61,357 nt of DNA, taken from assembly GCA_034435075.1 (NCBI GenBank), contig DAOTYA010000245.1:1-61357 (forward strand). The letters run 5' to 3'. The notes under the pieces were generated by a model, which saw only the letters and a program-made list of their open reading frames with translations, ran no database searches and was not told where the DNA came from. Every line of letters begins with the position of its first letter. The first letter of the stretch is position 1. Of this stretch, positions 1 to 11,100 are shown piece by piece. The position numbers and the translations under genes were made by a program. The DNA is from Anaerolineae bacterium. GTDB taxonomy: Bacteria; Chloroflexota; Anaerolineae; B4-G1.

Positions 1-124
1 GACCGGCCACAATGTAGGGCAACTGCTCGCAGTTGCCCTACAACTGACGTCGCCACGGCCAGCCATAGCCTGCTCTCGCTCTCTTCTCGCGCAAAAAAGT
101 GACGGACACCCCCGCAGGCAGTTA
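1..124. repeat. Family B repeat, copy 1 (truncated by window edge)
   Basis: Perfect hairpin TGTAGGGCAACTGC-tc-GCAGTTGCCCTACA at 13-42, plus an AAAAAGTGACGGACACC box at 94-110. The same hairpin and box recur at 44642-44669 and 44684-44700. A variant hairpin is at 43340-43367. Confidence 0.85.
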
Positions 125-237
125 CGTTTGACAAGCCTTTAGTAGCATGGTACACTCTAAACCTCGGAGCGGCGAGAAGCAATAGAGATCAGGCTGACAG
201 ATCCGAAGCCAAGAGTATGCGCTTTGTGACCAGCCAG

Positions 238-328
238 GCAGTGACTGAAGGTCACTTTTGGGGGCCTGCGCTGACCGGCGCGTCGGAGCAGAGCGCCTGA
301 AGGGGCCAGTTTCAATCAGCCTGAACAG
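238..328. repeat. Family C-related GC-rich structured repeat (partial module)
   Basis: GTGACTGAAGGTCAC hairpin (241-255), CTTTTGGGGGCC, GACCGGCGCGTCGG and the tail GCCAGTTTCAATCAGCCTGAACAG match modules at 14458-14566 and 52040-52077. They also match the interior of 5369-5530 and 47042-47208. Confidence 0.7.
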
Positions 329-472
329 TACTACAAAGATGGTTTGACCAGGACACTGCTTTCTCACCGCGGAGACGCAGAGTTCGTAGAGGCCTTTATG
401 GATTATCTCTGCGACTCCACCGCCTCTACTGTGAGTACAGCAGGCAAACCATCGTTGTAGACCTGTTGCTTT

Positions 473-517
473 TTAGAACCTATCCAGTACAGGCGGCATC
501 CCCATGCCGCTTATACC
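473..517. repeat. Family A repeat, truncated fragment
   Basis: TTAGAACCTATCC...GTACAGGCGGCATCCCCATGCCGCTTATACC matches the first arm and first inner hairpin of the full element (compare 43154-43205). Confidence 0.8.
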
Positions 518-544
518 CTAATTTATTCCCAGAAAGGAGCAACG

Positions 545-1639
545 GTGTCCGATCAAGTGATCAGATTCACCCGCGGGGTGCCGGCTACGGAGAGCTTCCC
601 CACCACGCAACTGGCGGAATGCGCGGTTACAGCTCTGGCCGAACAGGGCAGCGTGATACTCCAGTACGGGCAGGCGTATGGCTTACCAGTGCTGCGTGAG
701 ATAATTGCCCGAGAGGCAGGAGTAGATAATGGGAGAGTGATCATCGGTAACGGTTCCCTGCAACTGCTCGATCTATGCGCGCGGCTCCTGGTATCTCCTG
801 GCAGCGTCGCTTATGTAGAACAGCCGTCCTATGACCGCACCTTAACGGTGTTGCGTCGGTGCGGCGCCCGCCTGGTGGGCTTCCCCGTCCAGGAAGATGG
901 GCCCGACATTGACCAGCTCGAGGACCGGCTGAAGCAGGGGGAAAGGCCCGTGCTCTTCTACATCATCCCCGACTTTCAAAACCCCACTGGCGCAGTAATC
1001 TCATTCCATAAGCGGCAGCGCATCGCCTCTCTGGCTCGCGAGTACGAGTTCTGGATTATCGAGGACATACCTTATCGCAAATTGCGCTATCGCGGTGAAG
1101 AACACCCCACCATCTTCAGTATGGCTCCAGAACGTACAATCTTGCTATCCTCCTACAGCAAGCTGATCAGCCCGGGACTCCGGGTCGGCTATCTTGTGGC
1201 TCCCACCTCCCTGGTGGATGCACTGGCCAGGATGGCCGAGGATACCTATATCAACGCCAGTTACCTGAACCAGGCCATTGTCGCTCAGTTCATCCGGCAG
1301 GGATGGCTGGAGCCGCAGATTTCCAGGCTTAAAGCACTTTATGAACCCCGTCTGGATGCAACCCTGAACGCGCTCGCAAGTTACATGACTGACCTGGCAA
1401 CCTGGTTCAGGCCAGAAGGTGGTTTTTACGTCGGTGTTATCCTGAATGGTACAGTGCGTGCCGATGAACTGCTGAAACTGGCCCAGGAAGCAAACCTTCT
1501 GTTGACCGATGGACGCGGCTTCTTCGCTGAAGGCAGCGGCGACAACTTTATCCGCATCCCCTTCTGCGCTCTGACTCCGGAGGAGATTGAGATAGGGATA
1601 GCCCGGCTGGCCGGTGTAATACGGAGGGCTATCTCCTGA
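545..1639 (+). CDS. PLP-dependent aminotransferase, class I/II fold
   Basis: 364-aa ORF with FQNPTG and SYSKLISPGLRVGY (Schiff-base Lys) motifs. AAGGAG at 534-539 precedes GTG 545. Confidence 0.85.
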   Translation: MSDQVIRFTRGVPATESFPTTQLAECAVTALAEQGSVILQYGQAYGLPVLREIIAREAGVDNGRVIIGNGSLQLLDLCARLLVSPGSVAYVEQPSYDRTLTVLRRCGARLVGFPVQEDGPDIDQLEDRLKQGERPVLFYIIPDFQNPTGAVISFHKRQRIASLAREYEFWIIEDIPYRKLRYRGEEHPTIFSMAPERTILLSSYSKLISPGLRVGYLVAPTSLVDALARMAEDTYINASYLNQAIVAQFIRQGWLEPQISRLKALYEPRLDATLNALASYMTDLATWFRPEGGFYVGVILNGTVRADELLKLAQEANLLLTDGRGFFAEGSGDNFIRIPFCALTPEEIEIGIARLAGVIRRAIS

Positions 1640-1689
1640 CCCTGGCGTGCCTCCCCCAGAGGCTATACATTTCTTAGTTGAGGTGGCAT

Positions 1690-2619
1690 ATGGTCGAATT
1701 GGAGGGTAAGGATATACTTGAGGGGGGACAGTTTACCCGCCAGGAGCTGGAGTACATCATATTTGTCTCCGGCTACATGCGCCGGCAAATGGAAAAGAGA
1801 AGGCGACTGGACCTGATGCGGGGTTATATTCTGGCCACCCTTTTCTTTGAACCCAGCACCCGCACACGGCTATCATTTGAAGCAGCCATGCACCGGCTGG
1901 GCGGCAGTGTGATAGGGTTCGCTTCGGCTGCCACTTCGTCCACTGCCAAAGGCGAATCCCTGGCCGACACGGTCCGCACCGTAGACCAATATGCAGACGT
2001 GCTTGTGATCCGTCACCCAGAGCTGGGATCCGCAAGAATAGCTGCTGATGTCGCCGAAGCACCTGTGATCAATGCCGGAGATGGAGCAGGGCAACATCCC
2101 ACGCAGGCTCTGCTGGACCTGTTTACCATCTACTCGGAGCTGGGGCAGGTAGATGGAAAAACTATTGCCCTGTGTGGAGACCTGAAGTATGGCCGCACGG
2201 TACATGCTGGCGTGGAGCTGTATAAACACTATCATTGCAAACTCATCTTCATTGCCCCGGAACAACTCCGTATGCCCCCAGAAATTACCGCACGCCTGCG
2301 CCAGCACGGTGTCCAGGTCGAGGAGACGACCGACCTGGAGGCAGCGATAGCCGAGGCCAACGTGCTCTACATGACCCGCATCCAGAAAGAGCGCTTCGAG
2401 GATGTGATGGAGTACGAACGGCTTAAGGGAAGCTATATCCTTACCCGTGAGATGGTAGAGCGGATCAACCCCAACCTGGTTATTCTACATCCACTGCCTC
2501 GCGTGGATGAGATCGCAACAGACGTTGACAGCCTGCCCGGTGCCGCCTATTTCCGCCAGGCGAAAAACGGCATATATGTGCGGATGGCATTGATTGCCCT
2601 GGTGACCGGCCGGATCTGA
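1690..2619 (+). CDS. pyrB: Aspartate carbamoyltransferase catalytic subunit
   Basis: ATCase motifs STRTRLSFE, HPTQ and HPLPRVDEI. The ORF opens at TTG 1678, but ATG 1690 follows GAGGTGG (1680-1686). Confidence 0.93.
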   Translation: MVELEGKDILEGGQFTRQELEYIIFVSGYMRRQMEKRRRLDLMRGYILATLFFEPSTRTRLSFEAAMHRLGGSVIGFASAATSSTAKGESLADTVRTVDQYADVLVIRHPELGSARIAADVAEAPVINAGDGAGQHPTQALLDLFTIYSELGQVDGKTIALCGDLKYGRTVHAGVELYKHYHCKLIFIAPEQLRMPPEITARLRQHGVQVEETTDLEAAIAEANVLYMTRIQKERFEDVMEYERLKGSYILTREMVERINPNLVILHPLPRVDEIATDVDSLPGAAYFRQAKNGIYVRMALIALVTGRI

Positions 2620-2769
2620 AGCGCAGCGTCTCACCACGCCCCCTGGGCTTTCGTTGCCGCCAGGAGGAGTGGTTCACCAACCCCAGCCCGTGTAAACGTT
2701 TTCCTGGAGATCAACCGGGACGGCCTCGTGACCGCAGATACGACCATCTCACAAAACCGGTAGTGGAGA

Positions 2770-5307
2770 GTGTGCACACAGGCAACAATGGCTGTGATAT
2801 GGGATGAGGCCCATCTTAAGGCTCTCCTGCGCCTCCCCCGTTACCCGTTCAGCCTGATCACTCGGCCCCCCTGGCAAGAGTGGATCGAGGCGCGCGGAGG
2901 ACTGGCCGCAGTCTACGGATACCTACGCACATGTCTGCTTTCCGATGAACAGCGCAACTTGCTTGACACCATCCTGACATACCCCGGCGCGCCGGCTGAG
3001 TACTACGCCGACAGGCTCTACATCAGCCGACGCACCTACTTCAGACGCCTGGAAGAGCTGATCCAGACGCTGTTGCAGCGTCTGAACGCGTGGACACCCC
3101 ACCCGGAACGCTTTTATACCAGTTTACCGGTGCCAGTGACCTCTCTCATCGGAGCGAACAGGGTGGTGGAGGCCATCTCCACCCTGTTGTTGCAGCCGGA
3201 CGTGCGCATGGTAACACTGACCGGCCCAGGCGGAATCGGTAAGACCCGCCTGGCCATAGAAGTAGCCTGGCAACTCAGAGAGCGTTTCAAGGCCGGGGTC
3301 TGCTTCGTGCCCCTGGCCCCGGTGGAGAGTGAGGACATGCTGGTCATCCAGATCGCCCGCTCCATGGGTGTGGAAACGGTCAACAGCCAACCCCTGCTCG
3401 ATTTACTCAAGACCAGCCTCAGGGAGCTGGAGCTGCTGCTGGTCCTGGATAACTTCGAGCAGATCATCCCCGCCGCTCCGCTGGTGAGCGAGCTGCTTGA
3501 AGCCGCTCAATACTTAAAGGTGCTCATCACCAGCCGGGAGATGCTGAACCTGTACGGTGAACACCGCTTCGAGGTGCCTCTGCTTCCCCTGCCCGACCGT
3601 GAACACCTGCTTCCTCTGGAGCAATTGCTGGAGTGCCCTGCGGTACGCCTTTTTGTTGATCGTGCCAGGGCCGTCTGCCAGGAGTTTGCCCTGACCGAGA
3701 GCAACGCCGCGGCTGTGGCTGAAATCTGTCACCGCCTGGACGGCCTGCCCCTGGCTATCGAGCTCGCTGCCGCACAGGTATACCGGTTCAGGCCCGAGCA
3801 AATACGCGCTCAGTTAGAACACCCTTTGGTATTCCTGCAGAGCGGACCACGGGATAAACCGGTGCGTCATCAGGCGCTGCGTAACACCATAGCCTGGAGC
3901 TACAATCTGCTGGAAGAGAGGGAACGCACTCTCTTCCGTCGGCTGGCGGTCTTTCATTGCTGGGACGTGGCCGCAGCGGAGACGGTATGCCAGGTCACGG
4001 AAACCCGGACTTTGCTTGATGCCCTGGCCAGAAAAAGCCTGGCGCAGGTCGTGGAACCAAACGGTGCTTATGGCCCACGCTTCCAGATGTTACAGACGAT
4101 ACGCGAATACGCCAGGGAGCAGCTCGAAACCAGCGGAGAGGCCGAGGCGATAAGGCGACGGCACGCAGCATACTATCTGGCACTGGCTGAGCAGGCGGAA
4201 CCTTATGTTGGAGCAGGCCGGCAGAGTTACTGGGTGGTCCGCATAGAGAAAGAGCACGACAATCTGCGGACGGCGCTGGCCTGGATGCTGGAACGGGGCG
4301 AGGCAGAAATGGCACTGCGCATGGTGGGCAGCCTCTGGCGTTTCTGGCAGGTGCTTGGTTGTCTGACCGAAGGACGACGCTGGATCGAGCAGGCATTGGA
4401 ACATGGACGCCATGTCCGCACCCGGGCACGAATCAGGGCATTGTTGGGGGCCGGATGGCTGGCCATCAGCCAGGGTTATGTCACAGACATTCACCCCGCG
4501 TTCATCGAAGGGCTGACGCTGGCCCGGGCGCTTGGCGAGCGCCACCTTTTGAGCTCTCTGCTCCAGGGGATAGGCTATGGTATTGCGGACCGCGATCCTG
4601 AGCAGGGGCGTAAACTGTTCGAGGAAGGGCTGGATATAGCCCGCGAATACGGCGACGATGAGGAAGCAGCCTGGGCATTGGACAACCTGGGGCAGCTTGA
4701 ACGTGAGCGCGGCAACTACGAGCTGGCCCAGACACTGCTGGAACAAAGCCTGACGCTGTTCAGGAAGCTGGAGCACCGCTGGGGTACTGCCTTTGTGCTC
4801 GACCACCTGGGAAGGGTGGTACTGGACCGGGGCGATACGGAGCAAGCCTGCTCCATGCTGGAGGAGGCACTCGCGTACATGGAGAACTTCGGGGCGCGCT
4901 GGCATATCCCCTGGACCATGGAGGCCCTGGCCCACGCCCTGATCAATCAGAGGCGTCTGGCACGCGCCCGCTCTCTGCTTGAGCGCAGCCTGCACCTCCA
5001 CCTGGAGGCAGAGAACAAGGTGGGAGTGGCACTCGTGTTAAGCGGATTTGCAGCGCTGGCCGCGGCAGCCGGGGATTACGTCGGCTCGGCGCAACTGGGG
5101 GGAGCAGCGGGAATAATGATCGGTGTAGTAGACCCTGACAGGCCGCCCGTTATTCGTTCACACACTCAGAGAGTTCTGGAGAAAGACCTGGCGGCTGCGC
5201 GCATCCATCTCGATGCGCAAATATTCGCGGCAGCCTGGCTCCGGGGACAGGCTATGACGCGGGAGGAGGCAATCGCTTTCGCGCTCCACACGGTGGTCTT
5301 ACCGTAA
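2770..5307 (+). CDS. STAND NTPase regulator (N-terminal HTH-like segment, NB-ARC ATPase, TPR-like repeats)
   Basis: 845 aa. P-loop GPGGIGKTRLA, Walker B LLLVLDNFE, ITSRE and the GLPLAIEL motif, followed by about 400 aa of TPR-like helical repeats. The N-terminus has the HTH-like stretch ISRRTYFRRLEELI. The start is uncertain (GTG 2770 or ATG 2788). Confidence 0.8.
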   Translation: MCTQATMAVIWDEAHLKALLRLPRYPFSLITRPPWQEWIEARGGLAAVYGYLRTCLLSDEQRNLLDTILTYPGAPAEYYADRLYISRRTYFRRLEELIQTLLQRLNAWTPHPERFYTSLPVPVTSLIGANRVVEAISTLLLQPDVRMVTLTGPGGIGKTRLAIEVAWQLRERFKAGVCFVPLAPVESEDMLVIQIARSMGVETVNSQPLLDLLKTSLRELELLLVLDNFEQIIPAAPLVSELLEAAQYLKVLITSREMLNLYGEHRFEVPLLPLPDREHLLPLEQLLECPAVRLFVDRARAVCQEFALTESNAAAVAEICHRLDGLPLAIELAAAQVYRFRPEQIRAQLEHPLVFLQSGPRDKPVRHQALRNTIAWSYNLLEERERTLFRRLAVFHCWDVAAAETVCQVTETRTLLDALARKSLAQVVEPNGAYGPRFQMLQTIREYAREQLETSGEAEAIRRRHAAYYLALAEQAEPYVGAGRQSYWVVRIEKEHDNLRTALAWMLERGEAEMALRMVGSLWRFWQVLGCLTEGRRWIEQALEHGRHVRTRARIRALLGAGWLAISQGYVTDIHPAFIEGLTLARALGERHLLSSLLQGIGYGIADRDPEQGRKLFEEGLDIAREYGDDEEAAWALDNLGQLERERGNYELAQTLLEQSLTLFRKLEHRWGTAFVLDHLGRVVLDRGDTEQACSMLEEALAYMENFGARWHIPWTMEALAHALINQRRLARARSLLERSLHLHLEAENKVGVALVLSGFAALAAAAGDYVGSAQLGGAAGIMIGVVDPDRPPVIRSHTQRVLEKDLAAARIHLDAQIFAAAWLRGQAMTREEAIAFALHTVVLP

Positions 5308-5368
5308 CGCAAACAGTAGGGCTCAGGTGACTGCGCTTTAGAAATGCTTTCTCAATCCGGACTTTTCG

Positions 5369-5530
5369 CCTGAAGGGTAACTGCCTGCCCCTGCCGACTG
5401 AAGTTCCCCACTTTGGGCCTTCGGCCAGCGGTCGGCGCAGGCCGACGCCCGGCGCCGCAGGTGCCCGTATAAGGTCGATCTCCAATCGGCACACGGCGGC
5501 AGGCAGCCGGGCAGGTAATTACCCTGAAGG
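5369..5530. repeat. Family C element, full-length copy (MITE-like, about 162 bp, ~22-bp terminal inverted repeats)
   Basis: Near-identical in reverse complement to 47042-47208. The ends CCTGAAGGGTAACTGCCTGCCC and GGGCAGGTAATTACCCTGAAGG are inverted repeats. It lies in the convergent gap between the STAND gene and GH57. Confidence 0.85.
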
Positions 5531-5668
5531 CCTGATTTCCGGGCGTTATTTATCGGGCCAAAGCCGCTGGCCAGGGTGTGACCTGTTTACATCTCAGCAC
5601 GCTCATTCGACCAACCTGCTGTTCTCCTGGCAGATCACCCTGATTCCCTGCCAGAATCTCTGTGCCCG

Positions 5669-7063
5669 CTATGAGCGGACGGTGGCCGTGGCGACCATAG
5701 TGTCGAAGATATCCGCTCCGTTGCGGCAGGTCCTTCCACTCACTGCCAGGCTCAGGTCACGGCGGAAGCTGCGCGACAGGTCCTCGCCGGTGGCATAGAG
5801 CGTAAGCGCGAGCGCGCGGATGCCGTTGGCGATCGCGTACCTTGGCTCAAGCCGGTCGAGATCGTCGAAGAAGAAGGCACAACTGGCGTACATACGCTGC
5901 CTGTAATACTGGGCCTCCAACAACCAGAGTAATCGCTCCTGATCAATGCGGGGCATATGGCCCAACCCCCGCGCTTTCAGGAAATCCGGACCATCCATCT
6001 GCCCCGTAACTACGGTGATGTAACTGTCCCGCAGCGGCCATGGGTCAAGGCCCCTTTTCTCTGCAAAGCAACGGAAGGCCAGGTCCAGGTCACATGCGAG
6101 ATTATCCATCGCCCGCCGTAATGCCCCTTTCCAACGACTATCGCCGGGCGTGCATTCACACCCCAGGGACCAGCGGTCCAGGCGGTGACTGCAGCTCCAG
6201 GCCGTATTCTCAAGCACCTCCACATCAGCCCGGGGAGGATGGTCGCGCAGGTACACTCCCAGAGTCGTGAGCTGATAACCGTATTTTTCCCCTGCGCTCA
6301 GGATGCGCTTGAGCACCTCTACCCCGTGGCGATGGTGATGGCCGAAGGTCTCCCCGTCGGTGGCGATCAGCACCAGACGCCCCTCATAACAGCGCCAGGT
6401 CAGTTGCTCTCGCAGCCACTCATCAACATGGGCCGGGTCGGGCATGCCGAAGGAGAGGGCGTTTGAGAGATGCCGGTCGCGCACAAATACAGCTATCTCG
6501 CGCGAGCCGGAGAGTCGCACACGGTATGGTCCGGCTCCATGTTCCAGATCGCCGCGCACCTGCTCATCAGAGAGAATGGTGAACCGGATCCCTTCTGCAG
6601 CCATTACCTCCAGCGTCTCATAGTCCACAGCCAGCTCCGGCAGCCACATACCGACCGGCTCGTGGCCGAAGCGGTGCTTGAAGCTGGCGATGCCCCAGCG
6701 CACCTGGCACACTTTATCGCGGTGGCGGGCGAGCGGCAGGATGGTATGGTGCACCGGCTGAGCCAGTCCGTTACCAACGCCGTGCTGCGCAAGATACGCC
6801 CGCTCATCCGCGATGATGCGCTCGTAGGTGACAGAGGCATACTGGCTGAGCCAGCGGGCAAGCGTACCCCCGATATTGAAACTGAGCATGCCGAAGTGGC
6901 CTGCCTCGGCATTCGGTGTGTAACACTCAGCATTGATGCGCTCGTTCCAGTTGGCATAGGGGGCCGCGTCCGGCTCTCGGGGTATGTAGCCGGTGAACGG
7001 GTCTACCCGTGGTGGTTGATAGAAATGACCATGGATGCAGAGATAGCAGTCTGCCATAGGCAA
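5669..7063 (-). CDS. Glycoside hydrolase family 57 protein (alpha-glucan-active; exact activity unknown)
   Basis: 464 aa. GH57 signatures HGHFYQPPR at the N-terminus and DGETFGHHH. Confidence 0.85.
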   Translation of the reverse strand: MPMADCYLCIHGHFYQPPRVDPFTGYIPREPDAAPYANWNERINAECYTPNAEAGHFGMLSFNIGGTLARWLSQYASVTYERIIADERAYLAQHGVGNGLAQPVHHTILPLARHRDKVCQVRWGIASFKHRFGHEPVGMWLPELAVDYETLEVMAAEGIRFTILSDEQVRGDLEHGAGPYRVRLSGSREIAVFVRDRHLSNALSFGMPDPAHVDEWLREQLTWRCYEGRLVLIATDGETFGHHHRHGVEVLKRILSAGEKYGYQLTTLGVYLRDHPPRADVEVLENTAWSCSHRLDRWSLGCECTPGDSRWKGALRRAMDNLACDLDLAFRCFAEKRGLDPWPLRDSYITVVTGQMDGPDFLKARGLGHMPRIDQERLLWLLEAQYYRQRMYASCAFFFDDLDRLEPRYAIANGIRALALTLYATGEDLSRSFRRDLSLAVSGRTCRNGADIFDTMVATATVRS

Positions 7064-7134
7064 CTTTCCGTTATGAGCGATTCAGCTTATGCGGTAGAAC
7101 TCACCATGCGACATGATGGAGCCTGCCCCCGGTC

Positions 7135-8100
7135 TTATGTGGCGGCACGTCGCCGCGAGGTCCCCATCCGCCACCCGAGCAGGCCCGCTACTGCTGAGGC
7201 CGGGATGTACAGCAGCGTCAGACATGCCACGGTGGGCAGAGCGTCAAGGCTTGTGGAGGCGTTCTTTGAAGAGGACCAGGCTGCGTAACCGACCACCTCG
7301 CCCAGCCATCCCGCCAGTCCTGTGATGGCACCAGCAGCGATCCCCTGTAAAGGGCTTTTTCTTCCCACCCCCTGTGCTGCCAGCCAGCCCGCTGCCAGCC
7401 CCAGCACAGGGGATACCAGGAAGCCCAGACATACCACTGCGCCGCAACCCGCTATCACTCCGTTAATCATACCGATAACCAGGCCTGTCGAGAGCGCCAG
7501 TCTCAAATCCGGTGCTCCGGGGGTGGCGGGTGCAGGGCGCGCAGTAACCCGCACAGGCGAAGTTTTCAAATCCGGCCTGACCTCCAGCACTTCCTCACGA
7601 GCCTTTTGTGGCGGCTCACGTTTCTCGCTGCGCCGCTGCTCCAGTTTCTGTTCCAGGCGCTCTATGAAGCTCTCTGCAGATGTGACCAGGTCCTCCGGTA
7701 GCCCGGCTCTCTGTTGCAGCTCACGCAGTTGTGCCTCCGCCATACGGACAATATCGAGGTTTTTAGCCAGTTGACGAGCCTGCTCGAACTCCCGGTATGC
7801 CTGGTCCACCAGGCCCTGGCGGAGCGCCTCCAGGCCCCTGGATATGTGCATACGGGCCAGCTTATCATCTGAGGGTATCTCAGGCTCTACCGGCTCGCCG
7901 ATCGCCCCCTCAGCGGGCGGGGTGGCAGCGACAGGTGCAGTGGGCATTTCCAGCCCCAGGCCGGAGAGGGTGGGCCATTCAGGCTGGGGAAACTCGAGCG
8001 CGGGGGACTCGGGCCACGTGACCTGGATGAAGCCGTACCCGCACTTTTCACATCGGGTGGCAGCTGGCTGGTTCTCAAAACCGCAAATGGGGCATTTCAT
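7135..8100 (-). CDS. Zinc-ribbon / coiled-coil / polytopic membrane protein, function unknown
   Basis: 321 aa. N-terminal CPICG...CEKCG zinc ribbon, a central helical Glu/Arg/Gln-rich segment and a Gly/Ala/Leu-rich C-terminus with several predicted TM helices. Its start lies 1 nt after the GH13 stop. Confidence 0.7.
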   Translation of the reverse strand: MKCPICGFENQPAATRCEKCGYGFIQVTWPESPALEFPQPEWPTLSGLGLEMPTAPVAATPPAEGAIGEPVEPEIPSDDKLARMHISRGLEALRQGLVDQAYREFEQARQLAKNLDIVRMAEAQLRELQQRAGLPEDLVTSAESFIERLEQKLEQRRSEKREPPQKAREEVLEVRPDLKTSPVRVTARPAPATPGAPDLRLALSTGLVIGMINGVIAGCGAVVCLGFLVSPVLGLAAGWLAAQGVGRKSPLQGIAAGAITGLAGWLGEVVGYAAWSSSKNASTSLDALPTVACLTLLYIPASAVAGLLGWRMGTSRRRAAT

Positions 8101-8101
8101 C

Positions 8102-11100
8102 TTATCCTGCCAGTTCGACTAACTTTTCCACCTGATATTCCGATTCCTCTTTGGCCTGCTGGAGCCTCTCAATGAGGCCGTACAACCTGCCGATTTTCAT
8201 GGCGACCTCCGCGGGCGTATATAGAGGGTCAGCGCTGATGGAGACCACACCTGTCGTCATCATCCACCACAGCAGTTGCTCAAAAGCCTCTTTGTTAAAC
8301 CACAGGATCCCCCGATAGCGGTTCACCCGCAGAAAGCGACGGACTTCCTCGTCCTGCAGCCAGGTGCGGAGTGCCAGGAATGGGGAACCATCATCCTGGA
8401 ACCAGAGCTGATGAGTGATCAGGATTTTGATCAGTTGCGTTGTGGACCAGGCTGCCTGCTCATCCTGCACCAGCTCCCGGAGCGTCTCGGTGATGATCTT
8501 TTCCAGCAACCACTCGTCCATCCAGGCGCGGCTGACGAGCGGGAAGTCGGTTGCGCTGGCGAGCTTTCCCAGCGCATGAGTGAAAAGCCACCCCAGAAGC
8601 ACGGCCCACACCTGGGGAGCATCCAGCCCTTCTGCTTCAGCCAGCGGCCCAGCCTGCAGATATTCGATGGCCCACTCGCACTCCCATGATTGCTCCACAG
8701 GGATGCGCTCCCCCAGTATGGGCAGGAAGAGGATGGCTTCCAGCCTGCGCTTCATCTCCGCGGCCAGAGCCATTTCATCACCGCTTCCCTCGCCCATTTG
8801 TTTGATCTGGCGTAACAGGGATTCGAATTTCTGAACCACTTCCTCCATAAGCGCGGTATCTGGCCCGGCAGCAGGGTCGGTGACGCGATTTTCCATCACG
8901 CGGCGGAACATGGCCGGGTTCACAAGCTCCCGGAAGCACTGATGGACGGGTCGGAGGCAGATTTCTCGCAGTGCCTCCTCCATGTCTGGCACACCGCGAC
9001 CGTTCAGGTAGGCAGCCAATTGAGCATAATGGTGCCACTCATTGTCCTGTATTTCGCGGAAGTCGAGAAAAACATGGTATTTGTAGGCGCCCAGCTCCAC
9101 GTACAGCCCTTTACGGCACAGCTCCCGGCTGTTCCTGATGTACTCCAGACCGGTCACATGATCACGGAAGATGGTGTAATAGTCCTCGCGGTCGTGCAGC
9201 CCAAGGCCTTCGCCCAGCGAGCGCTGGACCAGCTTTCTCTCTCCGTCGGCACTTTTATCCAGGTATGCCACTGAGGTGCGGATCCAGCCCCGCGTTTCGG
9301 CGTACCTGTTGTGGTAAACTACGAGCGAACGCTCCTCTCCCGCACGGTTGGAGTAGGCGAAGACGTCCTCGTTGACATAGCCCTCAGGGGTGAAGAGGTC
9401 GTAGAGCAGGAAATTTTCCACCCCGGCGAACAGGTAACGTTTGCGCAGCAGGGGGAAAATCTCCCGCTCGTGCCTTTCGACCAGATAGCTATCGGGCTGT
9501 TCGTCCCAGTAAGCGCGACGGTATTCCATTCCATATTTCTCGGTAAATCCCTCTATCTGCCCATGGCCGAACATAGGGAGCCCGGGCATCGTGACCATCA
9601 TTGTGCAGATGCCGAAGTACTTGTCCCCTTTGCCGAACTGATCAACGGCGGTGCGCTCATCCGGGTTGTTCATGAAGTTCACATACCGGCGCATGATCTC
9701 GGGGTCGAACTCGAGCGTGTTTTTGATCACACTACGATACCCGGCGTTGTTCTCGTCGCGCAGCATGTTCATGAAGGCGCTGTTATAGACGCGATGCATG
9801 CCCAGTGTGCGGACAAAGTATCCCTCCATCAACCAGAAGGCCTCAGCCAGGAGCAGGGTATCAGGTGCTTCCTGGGCCACGCGGTCCACAACTTCCCGCC
9901 AGAACTCGTCAGGCATCAGCCGGTCGAATTGGGCTCTGGTCATGCCATACTCCGCGCGCGAGGGGATGTCGCCACCGGTGCCGGGTTCGGGAAACCATAG
10001 CCGCTGATAGTGCCTTTTGGTCAAAGTCATCGCTGCGTCGAAGCGGATGATAGGGAAAAGTGAGGCTACGTGCAGGATGGTCTGGATCACGGCTTCGCGA
10101 ACGGTGGGGTTAAGATAGTTCAACTGCGCCGTATCGTTCCAGGGCATGCTGGTGCCATCGTTGCCGTGATATATGTAAAGCTCGCTGCCGGTACGCCTGT
10201 CCACCCGTTTGAAGACTACAGCGGCATCACTCCGGCTGTAGTAATGGTCCTCCAGGTATATCCCGACATCGGCCTGCCAGGAGAGGTCGGGGCCGTTGAA
10301 GGTGTAGGAAGGGAAAGGGCTGTATGGCAGCGAGATGAACCAATCCGGGTGCTCAATGACCCAGCGAGAGTCAATACCCATATGATTGGGCACCATATCG
10401 CTGGCCAGGCGAATACCCCGCTTCCAGGCGCGCTCTTTCAGGTTTCGGTATGCTTCCTCACCTCCCAGATCGGCCGCGATCTGATAGTCGAAAAGTGAGT
10501 AGGCCGAAGCGACGGCCTCAGGGTTTCCGCACAGTTGTTTGATGCGCTGAGAGGCGCGGCTGCGCTCCCACAGGCCGATAAGCCACAGGCCGGTGAACCC
10601 CCGCCGGGCCAACAAATCAAGCTCCTCGTCGGGAATATGGTCCAGGCGTGTGATCGGCCGGCCGTACTGTTTGGAAAGCTGGTCCAGCCATACGCAGGTG
10701 TTTTTGGCTATCAATACCAGTCGGGGCATCCATTCCCGATCCGGGCTGAAGCGCTCAGCCTCTAGCTCCAACCAGGTGAAATCGTACACGATGGCAGGGC
10801 CTGGCCCGGGGAAGATCGCTTTTTCCTCCTCTCTGACCAGGTCCAGGCTGCTGAGAAGGCGGTAGAGATATTGACCCAGCAAGTAACTCCAACGTTGGCG
10901 GATGTACTCAAGCTGGCCCGACAGAGAATGGGGTACGGCGACAGCGGGGCTGTGGAGCATATCCATCAGGTTCTGATCGTCTGGGCCGAAGGGGGGCTGG
11001 GTGTTGAGGAAATCGTGTAGAGCCGTGATGATCTTCTGGTAAACTGTTTCCCTGCGCAGGGTGGAGTCGTCAAAAAGTTCCTGAAATGGTGCACAGGCCG

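Noticed and set aside
122-367. An 81-aa minus-strand ORF lies in the left-hand non-coding region.
   Set aside because: It spans Family C-type repeat modules (238-328), has no RBS and no recognisable motifs. The region is better explained as repeat-rich intergenic DNA.
5252-5494. An 80-aa minus-strand ORF lies between the STAND gene and GH57.
   Set aside because: It is contained almost entirely in the Family C element. The other Family C copy (47042-47208) is overlapped only by an unrelated plus-strand ORF (46939-47346) that looks equally spurious. This indicates repeat-derived open frames, not genes.
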